From a virus (Duplodnaviria > Caudoviricetes): a DNA stretch of 55,858 nucleotides. Positions within the stretch are counted from its first letter, which is position 1. Each line of letters begins with the position of its first letter. Below are positions 1 through 9,746 of this stretch, piece after piece. Both the position numbers and the translations under genes were made by a program. The notes below the pieces were generated by a model that saw only the letters and a list, made by a program, of their open reading frames with translations, searched no databases and was not told the origin of the DNA. Location: IMG/VR virus record IMGVR_UViG_3300021364_000027, positions 1-55,858 of that record, one strand, 5' to 3'.

Positions 1-942
1 GTTCTTTTTGTTATCACTTAAATATGTTGGACGTAAATGTTCCGGATGCTGAATAACTTGTTGGAAAAATGCTTCTGGTCCATACCACATGTTATTATCC
101 TTAGCAAATTTGTATAATTTTTTCCAATGCGGCAAAGTAAAATTACTCCACGTAGGAGTAAGGTTATGAAAAGAATCTGGAAAGTCTTTTTTTAGTTGTT
201 TAATATTTTTTTCTATATTTGTCCAATTACTATTAAGCCTTACAGCATCATTAATTTCTCCAAACCCGTCTACACTATAACACCAATTAACCGTTTTAAA
301 TCTTTTTAATTCATTTACAAATTCTTGTTTGTATAAACTAGCATTTGTTACTATTAATATTTTTACAGTATCAGGAAGCTCCTTAAGAAATGGTATATAT
401 TCTTTAATCATAAATGGCTCGCCTCCTAATAAAGTTAATCTTTGCAATGATTTTGCTTGACGAGTAAACTTTGCCATTGTTTCTTTTGAGTCTATCCACT
501 TTGGATCTTTTGATGTCCAATTCGTAGGAAGAAAATTAAAATTTTTAGATAAATCATAAATGCCTGAACTACTTGTAGGTGTACAAATAATACAAGCAAG
601 ATTACACAAATTTTTTAAACTTACTTGGCTTTGTAATATGTTAGGTTGAGATATTAAAGGATTATAGCCAGGATAGTTCTCCTTTATCTGTTCTACACGT
701 AAACTAAAATTTGTATTTCTTTCTTTTGTCATACAAATTTTACAAGCTTCAGGCCAAAGATTTTGGGTAAAAATTTTTTTTTGCTCTGCTTGCCAACGTC
801 TCAATTTTTTTATACTTTTAAATCTATAATCAGTTGTCCAACAACAACCATAAAAAGTACCATCTACTTCTACGTTGACTTCATAATCTAGTACTGGACA
901 CCCTTGAGATACCGGAGGAATTGTATACGTTTTTTTTATCAT
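1..942 (-). CDS. Radical SAM protein with N-terminal Twitch/SPASM-like Cys domain (clade A), 3' end truncated by window edge
   Basis: Not in the ORF track. Hand translation from ATG at 942 (ATGA overlap with the upstream stop) gives MIKKTYTIPP..GCP..DGTFYGCCW..PEACKIC..NLCNLACIICTPTSSS..LLGGEPF. Confidence 0.88.
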   Translation of the reverse strand, partial: MIKKTYTIPPVSQGCPVLDYEVNVEVDGTFYGCCWTTDYRFKSIKKLRRWQAEQKKIFTQNLWPEACKICMTKERNTNFSLRVEQIKENYPGYNPLISQPNILQSQVSLKNLCNLACIICTPTSSSGIYDLSKNFNFLPTNWTSKDPKWIDSKETMAKFTRQAKSLQRLTLLGGEPFMIKEYIPFLKELPDTVKILIVTNASLYKQEFVNELKRFKTVNWCYSVDGFGEINDAVRLNSNWTNIEKNIKQLKKDFPDSFHNLTPTWSNFTLPHWKKLYKFAKDNNMWYGPEAFFQQVIQHPEHLRPTYLSDNKKN

Positions 943-2036
943 TCTACATACCTATTTTTTGTCATCTTTACTGTGTTAGTATTTAAGTTTGTAGATATGT
1001 GTTTGTTTTCCCAACGCTGACGTCTACTTTTTATACATGTATTTGTACAAATAGGATTACAGTCTGTGGGCAAGTTGCCTCCATGGTTTCTATTTGTCCA
1101 GCTTGATGTCAAATCATTAGAGAAAAATTTTCCATTTACAATATCATTTATTTCATTATAATATGCGTTATTCCAATTTTTACCATAAGCATTTTCATAC
1201 CTAGCTGTATGCTCTGGAAAATGTACAACTTGATAGCGTACATTGTATAAGAAACAGCAAGGAAAAATTTCTCCTGTGTGGGCTACAAAATATGCTTTTT
1301 CGTCATTTGAGGTTTTACAATAGATGTCTCCATTGTGATATTTTTCATCGCTCATACTGTGGACATATCTATCCCAATTCCATTGTGACCGTTTCTTTTC
1401 TAATTCTGTTCTTTCATATAACTTATCTAGCTCTCTATTGTCCAAGCAGGTATCAGGGCGTTCTTTGAATCTTGTGAATCCAATTTGTTTAGCAAGATCT
1501 TTGGCTTCTTCAATTTGATGCTCATTCCAAGGAAAAACAACCCACTGCCATTGTGGACGGCCTCCGGCTTTGACAAACGCTTTTGCGTTTTCCATAATCT
1601 TGTCAAAGTCTGTTCCTCTACGATATATTGGGTTAGTGTCCTTTAAACCATCAACACTGAAGTTCAATGTATACCTACTGCCTTGTAGTATTGTTGCCAT
1701 TTCGGCCCAGTACTCTGGTTTACGCAAACTACCGTTTGTGTGTATAACTATACTCTTATCAGTATTATACACTATGTGACGTAGCATGTCAAGAAAGTCA
1801 GGATGCATAGGCGGATCGTCAATACTACCACAAAACTGTATTTCTTCTATATCTTTGAAAAAATCAGCATCAACAATTTTTTTGAAAATATCAATGTGTA
1901 AAAAAATGTTTTTTTTAATAACAGGATTTAGTTTTAGTTCATCAAGTGGATCAGCACGACTACACCCAATACAATTGGCATTACAATTACTACTAATTTC
2001 AAATTGTAATACTTTTGGTTTATCTAAATAGTGCAT
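939..2036 (-). CDS. Radical SAM protein with C-terminal Twitch-like Cys domain (clade B)
   Basis: CNANCIGC motif, HTNGSLR, FSVDGL, C-terminal C..GEIFPCC..CTNTC. Confidence 0.9.
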   Translation of the reverse strand: MHYLDKPKVLQFEISSNCNANCIGCSRADPLDELKLNPVIKKNIFLHIDIFKKIVDADFFKDIEEIQFCGSIDDPPMHPDFLDMLRHIVYNTDKSIVIHTNGSLRKPEYWAEMATILQGSRYTLNFSVDGLKDTNPIYRRGTDFDKIMENAKAFVKAGGRPQWQWVVFPWNEHQIEEAKDLAKQIGFTRFKERPDTCLDNRELDKLYERTELEKKRSQWNWDRYVHSMSDEKYHNGDIYCKTSNDEKAYFVAHTGEIFPCCFLYNVRYQVVHFPEHTARYENAYGKNWNNAYYNEINDIVNGKFFSNDLTSSWTNRNHGGNLPTDCNPICTNTCIKSRRQRWENKHISTNLNTNTVKMTKNRYVE

Positions 2037-2971
2037 TTGTCAATCTCAATATCACTTCCACAAGTACATTCTTTGTAAGCACAAATAATTGGTTCATTTA
2101 AAAGATTTACTTTTTCTGGTGATGTTTTTATATTGCCCATACTTACCTTATTGTTACAAGCATTAGCAGGAACAACATCACCGTTTGCTTTTATAACTAC
2201 TAAATCTCTGCCAATATTACATGCCCATCCTTCGAAACGGTTTTTACCTGCTTGTATTAAATCATGATTGTTTTCTTGTGTAATAGAACCGTCGTCATAA
2301 TAACAGTTGATGCCTAAACTGGTTTTGTTGCGTTTTGTGCTGGGCCTATTAGCAGTGCTGCGATGTGCTTCAGCCATCCACTGTCTTTGCTCATCAGTGT
2401 AGGGCATCCAGTCTCGCTGTCCAAATTCAATTTGTAGCTTTTTTATCTGTATGGGCACCACAGTGTTGTCTCGCAGTTTTTCGTATATACCAACACACTT
2501 GTCCCACGCATTGATATCCATTAGCATTTGAATGTTGGTTTGACAATCCTGTTGTATTGTATTCACAACTTCAATGGTGTGATCTACATCAGCTTCTTGA
2601 TGGTGATAGCTAATGCTTACTTTATCCAAGTATGGCTTGGTTCTGTTCCACCATTTGATTGTTCTACTGCCGTTGGTTAGAATGTTTACTACACTATTAG
2701 GATCAACTGACTTAATGATTTCACTGAGCTTTGTAAAGTTCTTCCACACTGTAGGCTCGCCGCCTAGTATAGTATATATTCTATGATCATGTGTGCTTTG
2801 TTCTGTGATACGCCGTACTACAGTTTCACACTGTTCAATATCAGGCCAATACAAATCGCCACCATTGCTGTCCGGTGTACAGTATGTACATTTGAAATTA
2901 CACACATTGCTGAGTATCCAGTCTACTACCAGTATGTTGTTTCTTGTTTTTATTTTGTATAAGTTTGCCAT
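2024..2971 (-). CDS. Radical SAM protein with C-terminal Cys cluster (clade C)
   Basis: WILSNVCNFKCTYC, GGEPT, TNGSR, FEGWACNIG, C-terminal CAYKECTCGSD. Confidence 0.9.
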   Translation of the reverse strand: MANLYKIKTRNNILVVDWILSNVCNFKCTYCTPDSNGGDLYWPDIEQCETVVRRITEQSTHDHRIYTILGGEPTVWKNFTKLSEIIKSVDPNSVVNILTNGSRTIKWWNRTKPYLDKVSISYHHQEADVDHTIEVVNTIQQDCQTNIQMLMDINAWDKCVGIYEKLRDNTVVPIQIKKLQIEFGQRDWMPYTDEQRQWMAEAHRSTANRPSTKRNKTSLGINCYYDDGSITQENNHDLIQAGKNRFEGWACNIGRDLVVIKANGDVVPANACNNKVSMGNIKTSPEKVNLLNEPIICAYKECTCGSDIEIDKCTI

Positions 2972-3633
2972 AATAATTCAAATCTTTTCCAATCGTCAGG
3001 ATAATCAATGTCCAAACTTGCCATCCATGATGATTTGTAGAATCCTATTTTACCCGGTAGTCTATTTCCAGTTTGTACAAAATCTTTGTGCCGACTTACA
3101 AACACTGCTGAATTTATTTCGTACACAGATTCTAGTGTTTGTGTCAACGGCCAATATCCTACAGCATTAGGATCGTAATTCAATGGCTCTCCATCTTTCC
3201 ATAAAAAATTTTTAATTTCATTTGCTGTCGCTACACTATCGTATTCAGAGTCAGCGTAAAATTCTAACAAGTCGTCAATGTCATGTTCAGTAAAGAACGG
3301 TGCTGTAGCAAAAACCATTGCTATGTTATCTGCTGGTATGTTTGTTACTTGTTGAGACAGATGTTTTACCCACACATCTCCCGGACAAGTACCGGCATAC
3401 TGTGTATCTCTTTTGTGTAAATGTACTTTTTTATCTCCAGGAAGTTTTGAAACTATATCTAAAACTTCGTTACTTTCACTACTAACAAATATTTCTGAGA
3501 TGTGTTGACTTTTTTGTAATTGTTCTATTTTTATTTCGGTAATTCCATAAAGATACTTTCCCACTGGACGCAGATTCTTGCGTGGCACTCTTTCGCTGTT
3601 TCCTTTTATAGGTAGTATAGCAAGTGTGTTCAT
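2950..3633 (-). CDS. Acylneuraminate (CMP-nonulosonate) cytidylyltransferase, NeuA family
   Basis: ILPIKGNSERVPRKNLR N-terminal motif, ATAPF, TQTL..YEINSA, LDIDYPDDW. Start moved to 3633 (ATGA overlap with upstream stop). Confidence 0.88.
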   Translation of the reverse strand: MNTLAILPIKGNSERVPRKNLRPVGKYLYGITEIKIEQLQKSQHISEIFVSSESNEVLDIVSKLPGDKKVHLHKRDTQYAGTCPGDVWVKHLSQQVTNIPADNIAMVFATAPFFTEHDIDDLLEFYADSEYDSVATANEIKNFLWKDGEPLNYDPNAVGYWPLTQTLESVYEINSAVFVSRHKDFVQTGNRLPGKIGFYKSSWMASLDIDYPDDWKRFELLWQTYTK

Positions 3634-4757
3634 AATAATTCTTCTGCCCATGGATATGCTGCTAAAAACTCTACATTACATCTATAGTCCCAAATGTCCT
3701 TGCTGTAATGTTGTAGTAGACTGCGTTCAGTTGTACTTATTTGTCTGTGTTCGTACATGGTTTTAGTCTGGAATGTTCTCCAATTAGTATTCACATCAAT
3801 AAATTCTACAGCAGCAAATTGTTTGTAAAATTCTGTTCTAGCATCTAGCGGAATCAATCTAAAGTCCAAGAAACTAGGATAGTCAACTTCATTATAACTT
3901 ACTCTTGCTTGGGGAAACTGATTAGCCCAAGCAAAAAACTCTGGCATGTTGTGATATGTAAGCATACTCACAGCAGGTGTAAGTCCTACCATACAACGGC
4001 TGTTGTACATTCTAACAAAATTGCGTTCAATGGTTTGCCAACGAGCAGGGTACCGCTGATACTCCAATGCTGCTCCTACAGCGTCAATACTACACATTAG
4101 CTCTACATGCCGAAACTTTTCTAATGTTTGTAATATGCGAGTTTTGGCACTGGTACAGTTGGTTATGAATTCTATTTCAAGATCAGTTTTGCCTCGCTCT
4201 ACCAACTTGTACAAAAATTCTTCTACTTCCGGCATGATAAAAGGCTCACCGCCAGCAAATCTCAGCGTTTGTAAGTCTGGTAAATCCAGCACTAAATCCA
4301 GCAAGCGTCCTACATCTGTGTCCACGGTGCTGGGTATGCTACGAAGCAAGTCATTGTCCACACCATTAGCTTTTAATTCCAGTGCTAGGTTTGCTATTTG
4401 GTCACTGAAACCTCCGCTACACATTTTACACTGTAAATTACACTTGTTGCTGAGTCTTAGATCCAAGTGTCTTATGCTTTGATCAGTGCTGCCGTACTGT
4501 TGATTAACTCTGTGGCGTTTGCTTTCTCTGCCGTTGCGTTCGTTGTGCCAGCAACTTTCACATGCTGTGTTTTCTATGCTTGATTCTAAATCTTTGCGTA
4601 CAGTGTTCAGCCATGAATTTGATTTGTACCAAGCATTCATATCGTCAACTGTGTTCCAGTCTACCCTTATGTCACGCTTTTGTATACAGCAATGTCCTAC
4701 TCTGCCTGTGGTGTCTATATTAAAGCCGTTGTTGGTCAGTGTACAAAATTTATTCAT
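3630..4757 (-). CDS. Radical SAM protein with N-terminal Twitch/SPASM-like domain (clade A)
   Basis: FC..GRVGHCC..CESCW, then LDLRLSNKCNLQCKMC, FAGGEPF, SIDAVG..EYQRYP. Confidence 0.9.
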   Translation of the reverse strand: MNKFCTLTNNGFNIDTTGRVGHCCIQKRDIRVDWNTVDDMNAWYKSNSWLNTVRKDLESSIENTACESCWHNERNGRESKRHRVNQQYGSTDQSIRHLDLRLSNKCNLQCKMCSGGFSDQIANLALELKANGVDNDLLRSIPSTVDTDVGRLLDLVLDLPDLQTLRFAGGEPFIMPEVEEFLYKLVERGKTDLEIEFITNCTSAKTRILQTLEKFRHVELMCSIDAVGAALEYQRYPARWQTIERNFVRMYNSRCMVGLTPAVSMLTYHNMPEFFAWANQFPQARVSYNEVDYPSFLDFRLIPLDARTEFYKQFAAVEFIDVNTNWRTFQTKTMYEHRQISTTERSLLQHYSKDIWDYRCNVEFLAAYPWAEELL

Positions 4758-5772
4758 AACTGCCCTCTAGCCACAAATCGTTATTCAGTAGTTTTTGATA
4801 TATTGGCTCAAGATCTACTTCTATTGAGGTTCTATCTTTTCGAAAGTTTTGTTGTTTTACTCTACATTTATCAAACACTGTACCAATATCGTCTGTTTTA
4901 TTAATTTCAACACTTGGTCTTATAATTTCTGCGTTCCAACAATTGTGATTGTTTATAAATTCCAACTTTTTTCCAAACTTTAAAAACAATAAATTTTGAA
5001 ATTTAATTTGATTGTCGCCTATTAAGTCGTATAAAGCAAGTTTATCTTTTGTAAACAAATCAAAAAAAGTTTTTTCAACATCAGGAAACCATTGTGATAT
5101 AATATTTTGTTTATGAACATACAGATAATCTGCTATCAACGGCTTACTAAATCTTACACTTAATATATGAGACATAACTTGTGTACTAATATTTTCTAAA
5201 TCGTTAGCACTATAATTTATAATATCTAAACATCTTTGTAAATCACCAGACTGAAAATAAAATAAACAATCTGGTCTTGTTTGTAAAATTAAATCATATT
5301 CGCTGTCTATTAAACTATAACCTCTTGCTGCTCCCCAGTGCTGTGACATAAAATGTAATGCATGTAATCTACGTTTATAATCAAATTTTTTTGAAGATCC
5401 GCCATATAGAAGATTAGGAGCATGTGTATCAATATTTAAAATATTTTTAAAAGTTTTGTCTTTGGCATTTTCTTTTATTATATTATTAACAGTATTCAAA
5501 AATTTACTAGTTCCCTCAATAATATATTTTTTTGGCTTCCAATATTTTAAATAATTTTCATGTATGTAATTTAAATCTTGAATTTCAACATCATATAGAT
5601 TTTGTGGCCTGTTCTTTGCATCTGTAGCATCGCATATCGTTTCTGTGTTTGTGGTATGAATAAAAACATCAAATTGGTGTTGCGGATTTTCGTCAACAAC
5701 AAAGCGTTGAAATAATTCTGATCCTAATTGAGCACATCTAGCTTGTCCTCTTAACACTACAGCAATTTTCAT
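4750..5772 (-). CDS. Putative glycosyltransferase-like protein
   Basis: MKIAVVLRGQAR start, DVFIHT and YDLILQTRPD motifs resemble an uncharacterised GT-like family seen in sugar-modification loci; context supports this. Confidence 0.5.
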   Translation of the reverse strand: MKIAVVLRGQARCAQLGSELFQRFVVDENPQHQFDVFIHTTNTETICDATDAKNRPQNLYDVEIQDLNYIHENYLKYWKPKKYIIEGTSKFLNTVNNIIKENAKDKTFKNILNIDTHAPNLLYGGSSKKFDYKRRLHALHFMSQHWGAARGYSLIDSEYDLILQTRPDCLFYFQSGDLQRCLDIINYSANDLENISTQVMSHILSVRFSKPLIADYLYVHKQNIISQWFPDVEKTFFDLFTKDKLALYDLIGDNQIKFQNLLFLKFGKKLEFINNHNCWNAEIIRPSVEINKTDDIGTVFDKCRVKQQNFRKDRTSIEVDLEPIYQKLLNNDLWLEGSYE

Positions 5773-6440
5773 TTTACTATCTCAAACTTGTATCTGTCTA
5801 TTAAAGATTCGTGGCAATAATGTGTTTCATAACTATGAGGACAAAATGGATTAACTACTCTAGTGTAATTTTTTGTTTTTAAATATTCACTTATCTCATC
5901 AACTTCTTCTTCGGCTGTTTCGATACTTATTAATCCAACAACATAGTTATCCCATGGCCATGCTTTTAATATTTCAAATTCACTTCCTTCAGTATCAAGA
6001 GCAAGATAATCAATATTTTTTTTGTATCTATATCTTTGTAATAATCTTGCAGGTGATACACATCTTTTCATCACTGTTTTACCATATTTTTCGTGATATA
6101 TTGCATGATGACTGCGTAAGTGTTTTTGTATACCGCTTAGTGCTTCAGACGCCCATTCAAGTTCTTCTATCCTGCCTTCGCATTCTACAAATTCAATTGT
6201 TCCATCAAAGTTATATACACAAGCATTTAAAGGATTTTTTCTGCTTACATGACACTCTTTGTAGTATTTTGAATTTGGCTCGACAGCTACTCCAAACCAA
6301 TCTAATTTTTTTTCTAAAACATAGCAACTGCTGATTCTATTTCCACTGCAAGCACCTAATTCGACAAAGGATCCGTTGCGTTTATAATCATACACTTCGG
6401 CTACCCATTGATCATTTCTATGTAAACTATTCCATTTCAT
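5769..6440 (-). CDS. FkbM-family SAM-dependent methyltransferase
   Basis: FVELGA..G..S, W.GVAVEPN, IDYLALDTEGSEFEIL. Confidence 0.88.
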   Translation of the reverse strand: MKWNSLHRNDQWVAEVYDYKRNGSFVELGACSGNRISSCYVLEKKLDWFGVAVEPNSKYYKECHVSRKNPLNACVYNFDGTIEFVECEGRIEELEWASEALSGIQKHLRSHHAIYHEKYGKTVMKRCVSPARLLQRYRYKKNIDYLALDTEGSEFEILKAWPWDNYVVGLISIETAEEEVDEISEYLKTKNYTRVVNPFCPHSYETHYCHESLIDRYKFEIVK

Positions 6441-7459
6441 GTTATCACCGTATTATATATTGGAGCAGGTTTTTCTTTGCCGCCGCATTTATTACATATA
6501 TCAATACTCTCACGCTGCCATGCTAAATGTAAATCATTGGCAAATTCTTGTGTTAATGTACGCAAGTTAGCATTTCTTATATGGTTGTTTTTATACTTTG
6601 AATAATTAAAGTTTGTTCTTAGATCAAGTTGCCTACCACTGATATAGCAGCATGGCCAAATGTTTCCCCAAGGATCAATTTGTAGCATGCCTTCCTCAGC
6701 ATATGGACAAGCAAAACTTCCCACAGGTTGTACAGCATCAGTAGCGGGTGTTGCTACATGCGAGCGGAATGTATCACGTCTGGCATATTTTTTACTAAAT
6801 GTTTTTGTGTCAGGACCAGATAACTTTTGCTGTGGAAAATCTTTGTAGGCTTTCATATCAACATCTGATCTATTGCGATTAGTTTGAAAAGCCATGCAGC
6901 CTACTGATTCAGCAAATTCGCTGATAGCATCAATATCATTTTTGTTGTAATCAAAAACAATACATTTCCATATACTGTTGCCACCGGCATTGTTAAACGC
7001 ACGTAGGTTGTCTATACGTTTTTTCCAGTCAATGCCACGCCTATACATATCATGATTGTGTTCAAGTCCGTCAATACCCCATTTGATATCATGCTTTGCA
7101 AATCGTTGTAATACCACAGCAAGGTCGTGCCAAAATTTTGTATTACGTGCGCCGCCGTTGGTATTTAAATTTAAATATACATCTGTTTTGACTTCAACTA
7201 ATATTTCCATCATTTCAATAAAATTTGGATTCATGCTGAAGTCACCAAAATTACCATTGAAAATAATTTCTTGAACGTTTTGTAAATTGTCTTTGGTTAT
7301 AAAACTGCGCCAATCCTCAACACTGATATGATTTAGTTTTAGATTAGGATGATTTTCGCCGCCGTCGATGTTTCTATCACATGCTCCGCAATAAGCATTA
7401 CAATAACTTGTACAATCTATTTCTATTTTTTTAATTGTTTCAAACTGATAAAGATTCAT
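6437..7459 (-). CDS. Radical SAM protein (clade B)
   Basis: CNAYCGAC, GNFGD, NTNGGAR, IDGL, GNIWPCC, CNKC. Start set at MNLYQF (7459) by alignment with paralogues. Confidence 0.9.
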   Translation of the reverse strand: MNLYQFETIKKIEIDCTSYCNAYCGACDRNIDGGENHPNLKLNHISVEDWRSFITKDNLQNVQEIIFNGNFGDFSMNPNFIEMMEILVEVKTDVYLNLNTNGGARNTKFWHDLAVVLQRFAKHDIKWGIDGLEHNHDMYRRGIDWKKRIDNLRAFNNAGGNSIWKCIVFDYNKNDIDAISEFAESVGCMAFQTNRNRSDVDMKAYKDFPQQKLSGPDTKTFSKKYARRDTFRSHVATPATDAVQPVGSFACPYAEEGMLQIDPWGNIWPCCYISGRQLDLRTNFNYSKYKNNHIRNANLRTLTQEFANDLHLAWQRESIDICNKCGGKEKPAPIYNTVIT

Positions 7460-8450
7460 TGTGTTGAGTAGGCCTATTGGTTTTATGTAAACAATTATTA
7501 CATATCTCGTAAGAGCTATCCTTCCAAGCATTTGATAAGTCAATATTAAAAAAGTCAAGAATACTCTGTAAACTTTGTGAGTTAATATCGTTATAACTAA
7601 GATACTTATCGTATGGGAAGGGCTTATGTTTAGTAACTTGATTACCTTGTATAAAACAACACGGCCATACTATGCCAAATGGATCTATAACTACAATACG
7701 TTCTTTGGCAAAAGGACATTCACTGTCTATGTGTTGCAACAAAGGAATTATTGTAGGTGTCCAATTATAAAATACTTTGTAATTATTTTCAAATTCTTCT
7801 CTGCTGGGTGCTGTGATAATGCCTTTTTCAAACTTTTTGTAATCGCATACCTCTATATGCTGTTCTCTGCTTCTATACGTTTTAAATTTTTTACAACCAC
7901 TGTCCTGTGCAAATTTTACAATTTTTTCTATTTGATGTTTGTTATGATCAAAAACAATAGTGCGACATTGAGCAAATCCGCCGTTGCTGGTAAAAGTAAG
8001 CAAATTAACAACTAATTTATTCCAAATTACACCACGTCGGTATATATGATTTGTATCTTCTAATCCGTCAATAGCAAACTGAACATAATGATAATCAAAT
8101 CTATTCAAAACATTTGCCAGTGCTTTCCAAAAATTTGTACTTCTTGCTCCGCCGTTTGTACTAATTTTTATAATCAAATCAGTTTTGACATCAGCTAACA
8201 AGTTTAAATAACCTACAAATTCAGGATGCATGATCGCATCTCCAAAATTTCCGTCAAAGTGTATTTCTTTAATATTCTTTAAATTTTGTTTTGTAATAAT
8301 TTTACGCCATGTATCCAAAGACATATGTTGTAAATTTACATCTTTGTGAAGTTGGCCGCCATTAACATTTCTATCGCAAGCACCACAAAAAGCGTTGCAA
8401 TAATTTGTAATTTCTATTTCTAAAACTTGTGTGTTTTCTATAGAATACAT
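7440..8450 (-). CDS. Radical SAM protein (clade B), close paralogue of 6437-7459
   Basis: CNAFCGACDRN, GNFGD, STNGGAR, FAIDGLEDTN, GIVWPCC, CNNC. Confidence 0.9.
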   Translation of the reverse strand: MYSIENTQVLEIEITNYCNAFCGACDRNVNGGQLHKDVNLQHMSLDTWRKIITKQNLKNIKEIHFDGNFGDAIMHPEFVGYLNLLADVKTDLIIKISTNGGARSTNFWKALANVLNRFDYHYVQFAIDGLEDTNHIYRRGVIWNKLVVNLLTFTSNGGFAQCRTIVFDHNKHQIEKIVKFAQDSGCKKFKTYRSREQHIEVCDYKKFEKGIITAPSREEFENNYKVFYNWTPTIIPLLQHIDSECPFAKERIVVIDPFGIVWPCCFIQGNQVTKHKPFPYDKYLSYNDINSQSLQSILDFFNIDLSNAWKDSSYEICNNCLHKTNRPTQHNESLSV

Positions 8451-9529
8451 TACTTAAATTGTTCTCCAAAAGGATCAAATTCTTTTCCGCATTTCATTGA
8501 ACAAACTTTTAATTTTCCGTTTCCACAACTTGGTTGATTCCAACTATCTTCAATTTCGTCAAATAGTCCTGTATCAAATACTGCTTTGAGTCCATGCTTT
8601 TTAGCACTAATTGCGTCTTTGCCGCCGGAACGTTCAATGAAATCCCATACTTGTTCTACCATAGGATTTTTATGCCACCACTTGTACATACGTCCAGCAG
8701 TCCAACAACAGGGCATTGCTAATCCTTCTGCTGTAATAAACAAACTACCTTCGTCTTTTACTTTGCAATTCACAGGTACTACATCATAGTAAGCATCCAT
8801 TGATCCATATTTTTGTATAAGCATATCTTGTTTGCTTAATGCTTTGTTTTGATACTTTTTGTCAGGTTTTTTTAATTCTGTTGTTTTTTCACCTTTGCGG
8901 TTTACTGCTTGGTGTGATTCTTTCTTTTTACTGTCTGCTGTAATAAATCTTCCGGTTTTCTTTGCTTGAAATTTTTCACAACCGTGTGCATTTGCAATAA
9001 CTTTTGCAGCTTCAACTTGATGTTGATTGTGTTCAAATATTAAAAAGTCCCAACGTGCTCTGCCGCCTGCGGCAGTAAATGCTTTCATATTGCGACTTAC
9101 ATTATCCCATACAACACCCTGCCTGTATATGTGATTAGTATCCCTAAGCCCGTCCACGCTAAAGATAACAGCACCCATCCTGCCAAAGACTTGGGCAAGT
9201 TCACGCCACCATTCTTCATTTTTTGCTCCTGCATTAGTGTTCATAGAGAGCCACATGTCTTTATTATGCTCTCGAAAGTATTTGAAAATTTCTAGGGTAT
9301 CTCTTGCAACAATAGGATCTCCTAAGTTGCCACACATGTACATTGTTTTTAATTGTTTGATAAAGTCTGGTTCAAAGATGCGCTTACAATCATCAAGTGT
9401 AAGTTCACTCAAATCAATGTGTGGATTTAAATCACCACCATTCTGATTACGGTCGCACATAGGGCAACTTGCTTGGCAGTTCTGTGTGTTTTCTAAATGA
9501 ACCACACGTATATCTTCATATTTATACAT
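8450..9529 (-). CDS. Radical SAM protein (clade B)
   Basis: CQASCPMCDRN, CGNLGDP, FSVDGL, AMPCCW, CSMKCG. Confidence 0.9.
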   Translation of the reverse strand: MYKYEDIRVVHLENTQNCQASCPMCDRNQNGGDLNPHIDLSELTLDDCKRIFEPDFIKQLKTMYMCGNLGDPIVARDTLEIFKYFREHNKDMWLSMNTNAGAKNEEWWRELAQVFGRMGAVIFSVDGLRDTNHIYRQGVVWDNVSRNMKAFTAAGGRARWDFLIFEHNQHQVEAAKVIANAHGCEKFQAKKTGRFITADSKKKESHQAVNRKGEKTTELKKPDKKYQNKALSKQDMLIQKYGSMDAYYDVVPVNCKVKDEGSLFITAEGLAMPCCWTAGRMYKWWHKNPMVEQVWDFIERSGGKDAISAKKHGLKAVFDTGLFDEIEDSWNQPSCGNGKLKVCSMKCGKEFDPFGEQFK

Positions 9530-9746
9530 CGTATACCAACTTTACATCCTTACCAGGCCCAACTTTACTGGGCAAATCTCCGTACTGATCTATGTACCAT
9601 TCTATTACAGCCTTATACCAGTTCCAACTATTATGGTGTGCTGCTTTGTTAAATTGCCAAATGTTGTTGTTTGTTGCTTCTATTGTACTTAGAGCTCTTG
9701 CACTTTCTAATTGCAATTCTCTAGTTGTAAAATTACTTAAATCCAT
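9522..9746 (-). CDS. Small Trp-rich hypothetical protein (74 aa)
   Basis: Fills the gap exactly and is translationally coupled on both sides; no recognisable motif. Confidence 0.7.
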   Translation of the reverse strand: MDLSNFTTRELQLESARALSTIEATNNNIWQFNKAAHHNSWNWYKAVIEWYIDQYGDLPSKVGPGKDVKLVYDV

